64,000 nt of DNA from an uncultured virus (IMG/VR IMGVR_UViG_3300030333_002313) (IMGVR_UViG_3300030333_002313), one strand, 5' to 3'; shown: positions 25,901-35,804, counted from the stretch's first letter. Program-made: numbers and translations. Notes: generated by a model from the letters alone, not told the origin.

Positions 25901-28368
25901 AGGAAAAATTCTTCTAGGGATGCTACTTTCTCTGCCTTCCAGTTGATCGTATCAAGGATGACCTGTAAAGGATCAAGGAAACTCTTCTTAAATTGTAGAT
26001 CGTAATCTATAGATTTGTCAAGTTCAAATTCACGTGGAAGAGTCTGGAAGAAAGAGACCACGTTCTCCCCTATTCGGTTCGGAGTCCTGAGATAGAGGAA
26101 CTTGACCTTCTCTCCTTCTTGGATAAGAGGGTACTTATGTGTGAGTTTCTTATGCTTAACGTGGAAATTATATAGGAGAGCACCACGAACGTGGATTGGA
26201 GTACCCTTAACATATATCCCAGAGGTACCACTAAATTTAGATAGATTATTGCAACCTCTAGGGAAAGCAATATCTTCAGGAGGAAGCGATTCAAATTCTT
26301 TTCTAAAGTTAGCAATGTATTCTTGTACATCTGTCTCTGATCCGTTCATAATAACTCTCAGGGCACTTCTAATCGCATCACGACAAGAACCTGGAGTTGA
26401 GGATTTGACACACTCGATACCCATAACTTTTAGTTTGGGTTCTTTATATTGAACACCCTCACTGTTCCATACATTAAGGATGTATCTCTTCTTAGCAGTC
26501 CAGATGCCTTTGTTAGCGATGTTCTCTCGCTTCATAAACATCTTCTGGTCATATGCATTTACATAGGTTGCCAGTTCTTCGTAAGAATTCTGAATATACT
26601 TTTCAAGTTCCACGTCACACACCTTCTCAAGGAACCTAAGAGTGTCCTTATCGCTCTTCTCTCCGTTCTTGAATACAGCTTTAACCAGAGGACCCAAATT
26701 AAGATAAATGGAATCGGTATCAGAAGCAATGACATAATCAGTCTCCGTAGTTTTTAAAATTTTGTTAAGGTAAGAGTTAACCTTGTTCTCAATCCATCTG
26801 ATAGAAACCTGACCTGATAGAGTAATCGCTTCAGCGTTAGCAAGGTTATAGTACCTGAAATACTGGTTGCCTATGGCACCATAGGCAGAGTTCAGTTGGA
26901 TCTTACGAGCCATCTGTATATTATTATATGCAGAAATATCATCCTGTAGTTTTGTGTCACCAGTTTCCTCATATTTCTGCTTCGCTGCTAACATCTTTTT
27001 CTTGAAGATCACACGTTCATCGTAGATCTTCTGCATCATCTCAGGAAGGAATCCGTGGATGTCTCTGCGATATTGTGCTCCGTTGGCACACAATGAATAG
27101 TCCCCTCCGACGGAAACAGTTTGATTGAGCAGTCCTTCAACAGTGGCGGTGGGGTGTCGTCTCTCCACAAGGGTTTCGGGAGAAATATTATACTGCATAA
27201 TAAGATGAGGGTAGAGGCTGTTGAGGTCAAAGCTAGCAACCCAGTTATAAAGACCAGGCTTTGGCTCCTTGACATATGCACCAGCATACTTGTCATCTTT
27301 CTTCGCTTCGATTTTCGGCGGGACACAGATCTTACGCTCCTTTAGGTAATTGTAAATAAGTGTATCCCAGACTCGCACCTGTGAATACACATCTTGGAAG
27401 TTAACCTTAGCATCATAAGACATAACCACTGCTAGTTCCAGTAGTTTCATCTTCTTTTCAAGTCTGTGTACGAGGTCAACGTCTTTGATGTTGTACTCTA
27501 CAAACTTATCCCAGTCATTAGTATAGAACGCTTTAAAGTTCTCATACTGGGAGTGATCAAGTTTACCTTCTCCAAGTTCAACTGTAGCAATATGCTCCAG
27601 TCTATAAGACTCTTGATTGGTATAGGTGAACTTCCTATACAGATCTAGATAGTCTAGGATTGATACCCCTAGTATATCATATGAAAGGTTCCTACGTCCT
27701 TGGATGTAGACCTCTCTCATATTTACCTTATTCCAAGGTGACATACTCTTCTGATACTTATCACCTAAGATACGTTCAATCCTACGACAGATATACGGTA
27801 TGTCATATAAGTTACAATTCCATCCTGTAATGATGTCAGGAGTATTCTGTACCCACCAACTGTGGAAGTCGGCAAGCATATCCTGTTCATTAGAGAATGA
27901 TCTATAATTCTGACCATTATAATCTCTAGTACCCCAAGTCATAAACTTGCCACTAGCAAGATCCTTAATGGTAATAAGGAGCATTCTCTCAGCACACGCT
28001 TCTACATCAGGGAATCCATTCTCACATTCAACCTCGATGTCAATAGTATAGATCTTCATCAGATCCATCTGTGCACGCATATCGTGAGGATACTTCTCAC
28101 TAATCCACTGGTATATAAACCTCTCGTATCCGTGGACTTCAAATCCATCCACACCTTTATACTTCTCAATAAATTCTCTGGCACGTTTGGCACCATCCTG
28201 TTTCACAGGTGCCATAGGTTGACCATCAAGTGTCCTCCACTTACCTTTAGGTGATGGAACAAAGAGAGTTGGTTTTATAATATCTCTATATGATACAGGT
28301 TCCCCATCCTCATACCCTCGGCAAAGGATGGAGTCCCCCAACAGGGTCACATTTGTATAGATTCTCAA
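25897..28368 (-). CDS. gp43: Family B DNA polymerase (T4 gp43)
   Basis: Exonuclease [24 protein letters not shown]. Confidence 0.99.
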   Translation of the reverse strand: MRIYTNVTLLGDSILCRGYEDGEPVSYRDIIKPTLFVPSPKGKWRTLDGQPMAPVKQDGAKRAREFIEKYKGVDGFEVHGYERFIYQWISEKYPHDMRAQMDLMKIYTIDIEVECENGFPDVEACAERMLLITIKDLASGKFMTWGTRDYNGQNYRSFSNEQDMLADFHSWWVQNTPDIITGWNCNLYDIPYICRRIERILGDKYQKSMSPWNKVNMREVYIQGRRNLSYDILGVSILDYLDLYRKFTYTNQESYRLEHIATVELGEGKLDHSQYENFKAFYTNDWDKFVEYNIKDVDLVHRLEKKMKLLELAVVMSYDAKVNFQDVYSQVRVWDTLIYNYLKERKICVPPKIEAKKDDKYAGAYVKEPKPGLYNWVASFDLNSLYPHLIMQYNISPETLVERRHPTATVEGLLNQTVSVGGDYSLCANGAQYRRDIHGFLPEMMQKIYDERVIFKKKMLAAKQKYEETGDTKLQDDISAYNNIQMARKIQLNSAYGAIGNQYFRYYNLANAEAITLSGQVSIRWIENKVNSYLNKILKTTETDYVIASDTDSIYLNLGPLVKAVFKNGEKSDKDTLRFLEKVCDVELEKYIQNSYEELATYVNAYDQKMFMKRENIANKGIWTAKKRYILNVWNSEGVQYKEPKLKVMGIECVKSSTPGSCRDAIRSALRVIMNGSETDVQEYIANFRKEFESLPPEDIAFPRGCNNLSKFSGTSGIYVKGTPIHVRGALLYNFHVKHKKLTHKYPLIQEGEKVKFLYLRTPNRIGENVVSFFQTLPREFELDKSIDYDLQFKKSFLDPLQVILDTINWKAEKVASLEEFFL

Positions 28369-28601
28369 AGTGCCTTCTTGTAATTTGTAATGGTCTCTTC
28401 AGACGGTTCCACTATAGTCAAAACCACGTCAGATGTCAAGAAGATATCTCGTTGGTTTGTGTAGTAGGGATACCTTTTGTATTCTCCCTCTTCAATTCTC
28501 ATACAGTCAGAGACAAGGTAAGAAGGTTCCTCATCCAATTCTGTAACAGCACCTATTAGATGTGTGTGATCCTTAAGAAGGATTATTTTCAACGGATTCA
28601 T
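28365..28601 (-). CDS. Small beta-rich (Sm-like) hypothetical protein
   Basis: LKIILLKD...LIG pattern similar to the adjacent gene. Confidence 0.65.
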   Translation of the reverse strand: MNPLKIILLKDHTHLIGAVTELDEEPSYLVSDCMRIEEGEYKRYPYYTNQRDIFLTSDVVLTIVEPSEETITNYKKAL

Positions 28602-28932
28602 TGTGATGTGCTTTAACTAAGGTTTCCCACTTCGCTGCGACTTCTGGATGTGGTGTGTAGACTGTTGCTACATTTGAAAGGACTACTAGAGTCTTATTAT
28701 TAATTGATAAAGGAATCCAAGGGAACAACTGTAGATTCAAATCATTAATCTTCTGAGGTTCAGAGGATACATTCTCCTCAAATAACATCTCAGCAGTAGC
28801 ATCTAGTTGAACTTGGTAAGGATTAGTGACCATATACCCAATAGGACTGTAGGTCTCTTGATTAGGATATGCTTCCTGTACCTCACCTATTACGTCCTCT
28901 CCGTTGAGCATTCTTACGATTTTTACGGTCAT
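28573..28932 (-). CDS. Sm-like fold hypothetical protein
   Basis: VKIVRMLNGEDVIG...NP...PWIPLS pattern. Confidence 0.7.
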   Translation of the reverse strand: MTVKIVRMLNGEDVIGEVQEAYPNQETYSPIGYMVTNPYQVQLDATAEMLFEENVSSEPQKINDLNLQLFPWIPLSINNKTLVVLSNVATVYTPHPEVAAKWETLVKAHHNESVENNPS

Positions 28933-29125
28933 AATTTTTCTCCATTAATTGATAGTATACACCACGAACGACATCACCGAAAGCCTTACGTGCTGTTATG
29001 TTCTTTTCCTCAGATAACGTACGTGCTAGGTACAAGATCTCTTCAACGTCAGAGGTAGGGATGTCAAGAGTAACACTCTCATAATCATCTGTACCCCTTG
29101 GTGCACAGTTAATGTAGTAATTCAC
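28883..29125 (-). CDS. Hypothetical protein
   Basis: GTG start with a GGAG SD. Confidence 0.6.
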   Translation of the reverse strand: MNYYINCAPRGTDDYESVTLDIPTSDVEEILYLARTLSEEKNITARKAFGDVVRGVYYQLMEKNYDRKNRKNAQRRGRNR

Positions 29126-29140
29126 ATTGGATCTCCAAAT

Positions 29141-29164
29141 AAAAAAGAGACCCTAGGGTCTCTT
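29141..29164 (-). terminator. Intrinsic terminator after the hsp20 operon
   Basis: AAGAGACC-CTAG-GGTCTCTT followed by a T-run. Confidence 0.8.
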
Positions 29165-29183
29165 CTGTTGTACATTATATAGG

Positions 29184-29372
29184 TCACCAGTCATCGTCAC
29201 TGGTTTGTGACTCCACCCATTCAGCATTGTTTCGACAGTATGCATCAGCATCTATCTCCATCCTCCAGTGGGTGAGGGTGTGAAGGGTCTCAACCATTAG
29301 GAAGAGACCCAGTATCAGCACAGGTCCTATCCATAAGGGGTGCATAATTATTTCACCTGGTGTTCGTTTCAT
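29184..29372 (-). CDS. Small single-TM protein
   Basis: ATGA coupling to hsp20; TM segment then HTLTHW. Confidence 0.7.
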   Translation of the reverse strand: MKRTPGEIIMHPLWIGPVLILGLFLMVETLHTLTHWRMEIDADAYCRNNAEWVESQTSDDDW

Positions 29373-29824
29373 CCTATATCATACACCTTTTTCTTCTGTG
29401 CTTCAGGCAACACACGAGTCAAGGTTACATTAAGTAATCCATTGTTAAGTTTCACGTCAGTAACCTCAACATCATCTGACAAGTTGAATGACTTCTCAAA
29501 TGAACGTGCTGCTATTCCTCTGAAATTATATTCTCCTTGTTTATCCTCTTGGACTTTAGTAGATTTGATATGGAGTTGATGTCTCTCTGTAGAAACTTCG
29601 ACATCCTCCTTACTCCATCCTGCTAATGCCATCTCTATCTTCCAAGTATCGTCACTCTCTTTGACGATGTTATATGGTGGGTAAGATGTGCTTTGGGGGT
29701 TCAATCCAAATGCGTGTAATCTTGTTAGTGTGTCATCTAGTCCGACACTATACTTGTTGATTGCGTCAACAAGAACGTCCATATCTTTGGACGCAAAATT
29801 TGAGAACCTTGTAAGTCCAGTCAT
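29369..29824 (-). CDS. hsp20: Small heat shock protein (IbpA-like)
   Basis: YPPYNI, LAG, RGIAARSF, NGLL. Confidence 0.97.
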   Translation of the reverse strand: MTGLTRFSNFASKDMDVLVDAINKYSVGLDDTLTRLHAFGLNPQSTSYPPYNIVKESDDTWKIEMALAGWSKEDVEVSTERHQLHIKSTKVQEDKQGEYNFRGIAARSFEKSFNLSDDVEVTDVKLNNGLLNVTLTRVLPEAQKKKVYDIG

Positions 29825-29888
29825 TGTTTTTCTCCTTTAAAAGCGAGTTTGTGTTTTGTGGTCCCTTTCGGCAACCACCTATATTTAG
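29825..29888 (-). promoter_or_regulatory. hsp20 late box and ROSE-like two-hairpin leader
   Basis: CTAAATA; hairpin GTGGT-TG-CC-GAAA-GG-G-ACCAC; CTCGCTT pairs with AAGGAG. Confidence 0.55.
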
Positions 29889-29995
29889 CGTGAATAGTAC
29901 AAATATACAAGTACGGTTGAGGTAGAAATGTCCGTATTGATACCGATTTTTAATGTTAATTAAAGCTAAATAGGTACGAAAGGTATCGTGGAATT

Positions 29996-30508
29996 ATGAA
30001 AAAGGCATCCTTACTTTTCGGTATGGCATTGCTAGGGTTTACATTACCAGCACGTGCAGATTTGACGCATAGATTGACAAGCTCAGTTCAATTACAGGTT
30101 GACGCAGGATACACACAAGTATCTAGAGCAGCAAACTCATACAGCACCAGTGGATCTGGTGTCTCTACAACAGTAACACCTTCTGGTGGTAGTGCTGCTA
30201 GTAGTCTTGGTGGTATCACTGCAATCAGTAACGCAGGTGTAGCAACTTTTACACTGCCTGATGCAGCACAAACAACTCAAGGTAATTCATATAGTTACAC
30301 ACAGAGCATAACAGCTGGTGACGCTATCGTAACTACTGCTGCTGATGTAGGTGACGTTAATGGTTATTCCAATACCGTAAGTACAGCACCTGGTACTAAA
30401 GATACACTGGCTGGAACCCTTGCCACATCTGGTGCCATTGGTTTAACAGCTGGTGGGGCTGGTACTTCAGCTACGGGTCAGTTCGTAACAGAAATCACCA
30501 TACGTTGA
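29996..30508 (+). CDS. Exported beta-rich protein with a Sec signal peptide
   Basis: MKK, hydrophobic core, ARA cleavage site; S/T/G/A rich; late box CTAAATA at 29966-29972. Confidence 0.85.
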   Translation: MKKASLLFGMALLGFTLPARADLTHRLTSSVQLQVDAGYTQVSRAANSYSTSGSGVSTTVTPSGGSAASSLGGITAISNAGVATFTLPDAAQTTQGNSYSYTQSITAGDAIVTTAADVGDVNGYSNTVSTAPGTKDTLAGTLATSGAIGLTAGGAGTSATGQFVTEITIR

Positions 30509-30521
30509 TCGGCTATATAAG

Positions 30522-30992
30522 ATGAGACGTATAGGACTCCTACTATTATGTTTCTTTGGTGTACCATTGAGAACCCTTGCGGTGCCTGTGGTCCCCAACT
30601 TTCAGCAAGGCTCGATGACGAGCCACACAGAAACTGAAAGTACCATAACGGAGACCATAAATTCTATAGATTATCGTACAGGATGGGAATACTCAGTGAC
30701 AGGGGTAGGCGTTTCCAACAATGGAGAAGCACTCAACCCCAACGTGAACACTTCAACAGTGACAATAAATCCAACAGTAGGATCGGGAGACGGAGCCATA
30801 ACAGGTTCGGTCACTTCTCAATACGACAACTTGGATTTCAACAATCAAGGAACCTTCACGATAACAACTCCAGGAGAAGCCTTTCAATTTACCCAGAGTT
30901 ATCAAGGACCAGGGATGACCAACCAAACTCTCATACAAAGGGTCACCCAGATAAAAAGCGTCACAGACACAACAAGTACGTTTACCCAGTAA
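30522..30992 (+). CDS. Exported beta-rich protein with a Sec signal peptide
   Basis: MRR, hydrophobic core, TLA cleavage site; VPVVPNF; Thr-rich. Confidence 0.85.
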   Translation: MRRIGLLLLCFFGVPLRTLAVPVVPNFQQGSMTSHTETESTITETINSIDYRTGWEYSVTGVGVSNNGEALNPNVNTSTVTINPTVGSGDGAITGSVTSQYDNLDFNNQGTFTITTPGEAFQFTQSYQGPGMTNQTLIQRVTQIKSVTDTTSTFTQ

Positions 30993-32050
30993 TTGCAGCA
31001 CTTCTCAGCGTTCAATGTTTACCTTCAAGAGCAGAAGGTGTGGGTGGAGTTAGTGCTACTGCCAATCCAATAGCTAATTCTTCGGGCTCAGTAACTAACC
31101 AGGCAATACAAGTTTTACAAGGTCCATATATAACTAACACTTATGGTGGTGGTGTACAGTGTCAAGGTAGTACATTCAACGTGACACCATACATCCAGTT
31201 TGCTGATTCAAGGAAAGATCCTTGGGAAGATTTCTATAATGATCCACAATATAATATGACTGATGTGTCTGGTAAGACAACCAAACAGGTAGTAACAGTT
31301 AAGAACTATCCTTGGGAGTCTTGGTATGACACAAGGACAAAGGCAGATGGAACTAGATGGTTCCCAGATGGCGAAGATATGCAGATAGAAATAGATGTTG
31401 ATGGTCCTGATGGTGTCCCAGATGCAGTAACCAATGGCAATATGGATCCTACGTGGTACAAACCAATACGTACGGATATGAAAGCCAATCAAAGTTTTAA
31501 TGTTGGTGTATCTGCAACCCTATCAATCCCATTGAATAAGAAACTGCAGCAGCAATGTCACGAGGCTGCACAGGCACAAATTAATATGCAGAATCAATTA
31601 GTATCTAATAAGCGTTTAGATTTTGAGCTCGCAAGATTGAAGAATTGTGGTGAGCTCAAGAAGTCTGGAATATTTTTCCATCCAGCATCACCTTATCACG
31701 CAGTGTGTGCTGACGTGGTTGTTACTGCACCTGGTGGACAGGTCATTCCACATCAACATAACATAAGCAGACCTACTTTTGAGGATTCTTCTTCGGACGC
31801 TTCTTCTTCAGAGGAAGAAGTCCCTTCTTCTTCCGATACTCATCAGCCCGTATCTCAGAACGAGAAGGACGATAAGTTGTCTTTCCTAGGATTGAGTTTA
31901 CCTTGGTCACGACCTTCTTCACAACAGGTTTCACCACCCTCAGCAGCAAGTCAGCTAGGGGTTTGGCAAGTAGGGCACTCGATGCAGCCACAGATGCTAT
32001 CACCGCAGTCGTCGTCACAATCTGAGGAGACGGAAGATACTGCTCAGTAA
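30683..32050 (+). CDS. Exported or membrane-anchored Cys-containing protein (start uncertain)
   Basis: Hydrophobic VIAALLSV..SRA segment, SATANP..SSGSVTNQAIQ, coiled coil RLDFELARLKNCGEL. Confidence 0.75.
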   Translation: MGILSDRGRRFQQWRSTQPQREHFNSDNKSNSRIGRRSHNRFGHFSIRQLGFQQSRNLHDNNSRRSLSIYPELSRTRDDQPNSHTKGHPDKKRHRHNKYVYPVIAALLSVQCLPSRAEGVGGVSATANPIANSSGSVTNQAIQVLQGPYITNTYGGGVQCQGSTFNVTPYIQFADSRKDPWEDFYNDPQYNMTDVSGKTTKQVVTVKNYPWESWYDTRTKADGTRWFPDGEDMQIEIDVDGPDGVPDAVTNGNMDPTWYKPIRTDMKANQSFNVGVSATLSIPLNKKLQQQCHEAAQAQINMQNQLVSNKRLDFELARLKNCGELKKSGIFFHPASPYHAVCADVVVTAPGGQVIPHQHNISRPTFEDSSSDASSSEEEVPSSSDTHQPVSQNEKDDKLSFLGLSLPWSRPSSQQVSPPSAASQLGVWQVGHSMQPQMLSPQSSSQSEETEDTAQ

Positions 32051-32684
32051 GTCCAATATCCTCATACAACGTTACACATATTTTTACACCATCAGGGTTC
32101 TTAGGATCCCTCTGTAATTCAAATCCACTGACCTTCTCTTTCTGGTTCTGTGCTACATCACCTATACGTGGTGCCAATGGACCTGGACAGGGAGGGTCTC
32201 CGTCTGGTTCCTCTGTATTAGGTCTCTCAGGAGCACCAGGTGGCTCAGGTGCATCAACATCTCCTGTATCTACACCGTCTGGTTCATTCTCTTGTTCAAC
32301 TGTAATAGTTTCCCAACTTAATGATCTAGCATCATAGTCAGGTGGTTCATAATATGGCATACCTGCATCACATAATACCGTATTACCTTTAGGGTCATCA
32401 TTGACCAACATCTTATTATTATTTCCTTTCGTATTCTCCTTGTGTACTTTGACACAACCAGGCATATCAACTACAGGAGTACCAACCACTGTAGTAACTG
32501 GAAATGTTAATCCTTGAACAGCAGGTACATCATTCATCCACGATCTATCTGCAATATATGGTGTTGTTATAGGTCTTATATCATTTGAACTTGTATTAAT
32601 AAAAGGAATCCTCGTACCATTGACAGTTATGTCATAGATACGAGGACCAATAATGGTTACGTTTGGTACGTTAATGTTACCCAC
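31773..32684 (-). CDS. Pro/Cys-rich protein with a C-terminal TM and basic tail
   Basis: VDMPGCV, several Cys, TM VTTTAVIASVAASSALLA. Confidence 0.8.
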   Translation of the reverse strand: MGNINVPNVTIIGPRIYDITVNGTRIPFINTSSNDIRPITTPYIADRSWMNDVPAVQGLTFPVTTVVGTPVVDMPGCVKVHKENTKGNNNKMLVNDDPKGNTVLCDAGMPYYEPPDYDARSLSWETITVEQENEPDGVDTGDVDAPEPPGAPERPNTEEPDGDPPCPGPLAPRIGDVAQNQKEKVSGFELQRDPKNPDGVKICVTLYEDIGLTEQYLPSPQIVTTTAVIASVAASSALLAKPLADLLLRVVKPVVKKVVTKVNSILGKTTYRPSRSEIRADEYRKKKGLLPLKKKRPKKNPQK

Positions 32685-32880
32685 GAGTTTCTTCTATTGC
32701 TTCTTTGATTACAGTTTTTAACTGTCTTAGTTTTTTCTTACCAAGACCTGCTCTAGTATCTATCTTAACTTTCAACCAGTATACAAAAGCAAGTACCAGT
32801 ATGAACTGAATACCTTCTGCCCAAGATAGGTTCCACGCTTCATTTAAGTCAAGCGTTGCTGCTGCTAATAAATCAATCAT
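32677..32880 (-). CDS. Small single-TM protein
   Basis: TM segment then a basic helix; coupled to neighbours. Confidence 0.7.
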   Translation of the reverse strand: MIDLLAAATLDLNEAWNLSWAEGIQFILVLAFVYWLKVKIDTRAGLGKKKLRQLKTVIKEAIEETRG

Positions 32881-33137
32881 TGTTTAGGAATTTGTTGTTT
32901 ATAATTTTGGTCTGGTGTTGGAAGTCCTTTGACATTACCAGTAGTCTCTGGCCAACTATCCCAAATTGCTTTTTGAACTTCTTCTCGAACAATTTGTCTT
33001 AGTTCAGTTACTTCTGCTTGTCTTCTCCTCTCTGGTCCACCAGTTTGTTGGTCGATGACGTGATTGCCACCGACAACTGCACCAGTACCAACTACAGCAA
33101 TAGCGGTACCAGTACTAGTAATCTTCTGAATATCCAT
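32877..33137 (-). CDS. Small membrane-anchored protein
   Basis: N-terminal Gly/Val segment and a coiled coil. Confidence 0.7.
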   Translation of the reverse strand: MDIQKITSTGTAIAVVGTGAVVGGNHVIDQQTGGPERRRQAEVTELRQIVREEVQKAIWDSWPETTGNVKGLPTPDQNYKQQIPKQ

Positions 33138-33403
33138 TAAAAAGCAGGAACTGATTTTGTAGGATCCACTTCTTGCATTGGTTCCATTGGTGCAGCCATA
33201 TCAGGAAGACTGTCTTGAAGTGCACCTCCACCTAGAGAACCACCACCAAGAGCACCACCAAAACCACCAAGTGATCCTAATGCTTTCTGTGTCACACCTT
33301 CGATTATGGCATCCTTATTAAGATACACGTAGCCACCAACACCAACAACGGTGAGAGATACAACGCTAGACGCAATAGCGAGTACATTGATAATTTTTTG
33401 CAT
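33137..33403 (-). CDS. Small membrane-anchored protein
   Basis: N-terminal TM and Gly-rich linker; late box ATAAATA upstream. Confidence 0.75.
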   Translation of the reverse strand: MQKIINVLAIASSVVSLTVVGVGGYVYLNKDAIIEGVTQKALGSLGGFGGALGGGSLGGGALQDSLPDMAAPMEPMQEVDPTKSVPAF

Positions 33404-33427
33404 TTTAAATAATTATAGCAATCTTAT

Positions 33428-34375
33428 TTATCTTAGCACAACTTCGCCAATAACCCAATGGTCTGTCTTAGTGACGAGAGAGTCAACTGCTCTAATTACG
33501 TATTGAGTATCCTCAACTGTTTCCTCTGGTACCACTAGACAGAATCCTATACCCATATTAAATGTCTTCCTCATCTCTTCTTCTGATATCTCACCTGCTT
33601 CCTTTATTTTATTAAAGATCTCTGGTCTCTCCCAAGAAGTCCAATCAATATTAGCCTTTAATCCTTCAGGTAAACAACGTGGTAAGTTCTCTGGTATACC
33701 ACCACCTGTTATATGTGCCATACCAAGTATGGGAACGTTATCTACGAGTGTCTTAACCAGTTTTGCATAGATCTCAGTTGGTTGTAACAATTCTTTAGGA
33801 TAGTCTTTATAGTATATCTTGTGTCTCCATAGCATATCATTGATGAGACTAAACCCATTGCTATGCAGTCCACTACTACCAATCCCTATGATCTTATCTC
33901 CTTCCTTTATATCTCTACCATCAATTATATTTCCTTGTTCTACAATACCTGTACAAAACCCTGCTAGATCATAGTCCTTAGCACGAGGATGCTCTGCTGT
34001 TTCTCCACCTAATAGTTCTACACCTGCTATCTCACATCCTTCAATTATACCTTGTACTATCTTTTCACAGTTCTCATCTAACTTAGGTGTTGATATGTAA
34101 TCTAAAAAGTACAATGGATCTGCACCACAGCAGATCACATCATTAACACACATAGCAACAAGATCAATACCAATAGTTGTATAATCATTTGCTACTTGAC
34201 ATATATTAATTTTTGTACCGACACCATCAGCACCAGAAACCAATAAAGGTTTCTCATACCCTTCAGGTATCTTGTACATACCATTGAATCCACCTATAGA
34301 AGGTGCAGACTCTCTGATCTTGTCAACGAATGCTTTACCTGCTTCGATGTCAACACCAGAGTCTTTGTAGTTCAT
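33428..34375 (-). CDS. purM: AIR synthetase (phosphoribosylaminoimidazole synthetase)
   Basis: YKDSGVDI, DGVGTK, GGETAE, SSGLHSNG, HITGGG, TFNMGIG. Confidence 0.97.
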   Translation of the reverse strand: MNYKDSGVDIEAGKAFVDKIRESAPSIGGFNGMYKIPEGYEKPLLVSGADGVGTKINICQVANDYTTIGIDLVAMCVNDVICCGADPLYFLDYISTPKLDENCEKIVQGIIEGCEIAGVELLGGETAEHPRAKDYDLAGFCTGIVEQGNIIDGRDIKEGDKIIGIGSSGLHSNGFSLINDMLWRHKIYYKDYPKELLQPTEIYAKLVKTLVDNVPILGMAHITGGGIPENLPRCLPEGLKANIDWTSWERPEIFNKIKEAGEISEEEMRKTFNMGIGFCLVVPEETVEDTQYVIRAVDSLVTKTDHWVIGEVVLR

Positions 34376-34929
34376 AGGATTTCTTCTTGGCAATCATCAT
34401 TAAGATCTTCTACCATTGTACCACCTATATCGCTACCTGCGTCCATTCCTATCATCGTAGCAGCACCAGCAAGTACCCAACCAACAAAAGGAACAGAGGA
34501 GAGAGTAGGAGCAACAGCAGCACCAACACTAGCCCCGACAAGCCTTCCCGACTGCTCTCCTCCACCGACCGCCTTGATACAGGCGACAGACTTTTTTGCT
34601 GCGTCTCCTGCTGCACCTCCTGAGTTCTTCCCATCAAGATGCCTTGCACCGTCCATTGTGTACTCTTCAAAGCCTTCATACGTGTTGTTACCCAACCCAA
34701 GAAAGCCTGCTTTCTTCTTCACATCCCTTTCCACACGAAGTATCTTGGGATCATTAGATTTGTATTGTATCCTATATCCTTCTTTACTTGCTTCTACACT
34801 GTATGATGTATAAGGACCAACTGGTAGGTTGAGATCAGGGAGTCTACTACGAGTGGCAAGCATACCAATCATACCTATATGACTCACACCTAGGAGACCT
34901 CCTAGGGAAATAATAAACCACTTGTTCAT
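34372..34929 (-). CDS. Glycine-zipper membrane protein
   Basis: N-terminal TM; C-terminal GxxxG hairpin flanked by two Cys. Confidence 0.75.
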   Translation of the reverse strand: MNKWFIISLGGLLGVSHIGMIGMLATRSRLPDLNLPVGPYTSYSVEASKEGYRIQYKSNDPKILRVERDVKKKAGFLGLGNNTYEGFEEYTMDGARHLDGKNSGGAAGDAAKKSVACIKAVGGGEQSGRLVGASVGAAVAPTLSSVPFVGWVLAGAATMIGMDAGSDIGGTMVEDLNDDCQEEIL

Positions 34930-34932
34930 AAC

Positions 34933-35349
34933 TTATAGTTTGTAATTGTTATCTTCTTTCTTAGGATCAACAGCAATGATCTTTAAAGGAGCTTGTTCGA
35001 TTACCAGAGTTTGAGTAGGACCACCGTTCGCACCTACACCATTTTTACTAGGATCCATTTTCATAGTTCCATCACCTTTTTTAGATGCAGTTTGAATCCC
35101 AAAGCTAGCTAAAACCCCCGTGAAAACCGAGGCTATGAAAGTCGGGTCGATCTTTTGTTGTGGTACTCCTGGGATGGCAACGTAATTTAATGTGAGTATA
35201 CCGCCACTCCAGACCAACACGCCAAGGCGAACAAATGTACTAATGATCGCTGCTTGCTCATCCTCATCTGGAAGGATCTTCTCTTTAAGTTTTTGTAGGG
35301 GACCTTTTTTCTCCTCCTCTAAAACTTCTTCCTTTACTTCTTTTGCCAT
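34933..35349 (-). CDS. Two-TM membrane protein (holin-like topology)
   Basis: FVRLGVLVWSGGILTL and IDPTFIASVFTGVLASFG. Confidence 0.7.
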   Translation of the reverse strand: MAKEVKEEVLEEEKKGPLQKLKEKILPDEDEQAAIISTFVRLGVLVWSGGILTLNYVAIPGVPQQKIDPTFIASVFTGVLASFGIQTASKKGDGTMKMDPSKNGVGANGGPTQTLVIEQAPLKIIAVDPKKEDNNYKL

Positions 35350-35378
35350 TTATACCTATGAAGCTACTACTATATAGC

Positions 35379-35804
35379 TCATTCAGTAGGTTGCTTTTTC
35401 TTACCTATATTATACTTTGATTCTAACTTCCATTCACCCTTATCTTTATAGGCTATGACTTTAATTTGATTAAGTGGTGCTAGTACACCGAGTTCAGACT
35501 CAGTTACAATATCCACTAGACCCCAATCAGATAAGAGTTTAGTAATTCTGTTGCGTCGTTCAATATCATTCGATGTTAGGTTAGCGTGTTTACCATCTAA
35601 CGCAAACAACTCTTTGAAATGCACGATGTAATACTTGCCTTTCTTATGCAGTATGTGACAGGACTGGAACAACTTCTTTTCCTTACGAGAAGCTACACCT
35701 ATCCTAGTAAGCGTCTCTCTGACCTTTAAGAAGTCATCTGGTTGCCTTAAGGAAACCTCGACCATCATATCCACAGACCAAGACACGTCTTGCTCTTCAC
35801 TCAT
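35379..35804 (-). CDS. regA: Translational repressor RegA
   Basis: FLKVRETLTRIG, QSCHILHK, YYIVHFKE. Confidence 0.98.
   Translation of the reverse strand: MSEEQDVSWSVDMMVEVSLRQPDDFLKVRETLTRIGVASRKEKKLFQSCHILHKKGKYYIVHFKELFALDGKHANLTSNDIERRNRITKLLSDWGLVDIVTESELGVLAPLNQIKVIAYKDKGEWKLESKYNIGKKKQPTE

Noticed and set aside
6991..28368. Introns or inteins in nrdA, nrdB, gp41, uvsX or gp43
   Set aside because: All are continuous ORFs of normal length without splicing motifs.
29890..29960. Short inverted repeat TACGG...CCGTA between the divergent late promoters
   Set aside because: Only 5 bp arms with a long spacer; too weak to support an operator call without comparative data.
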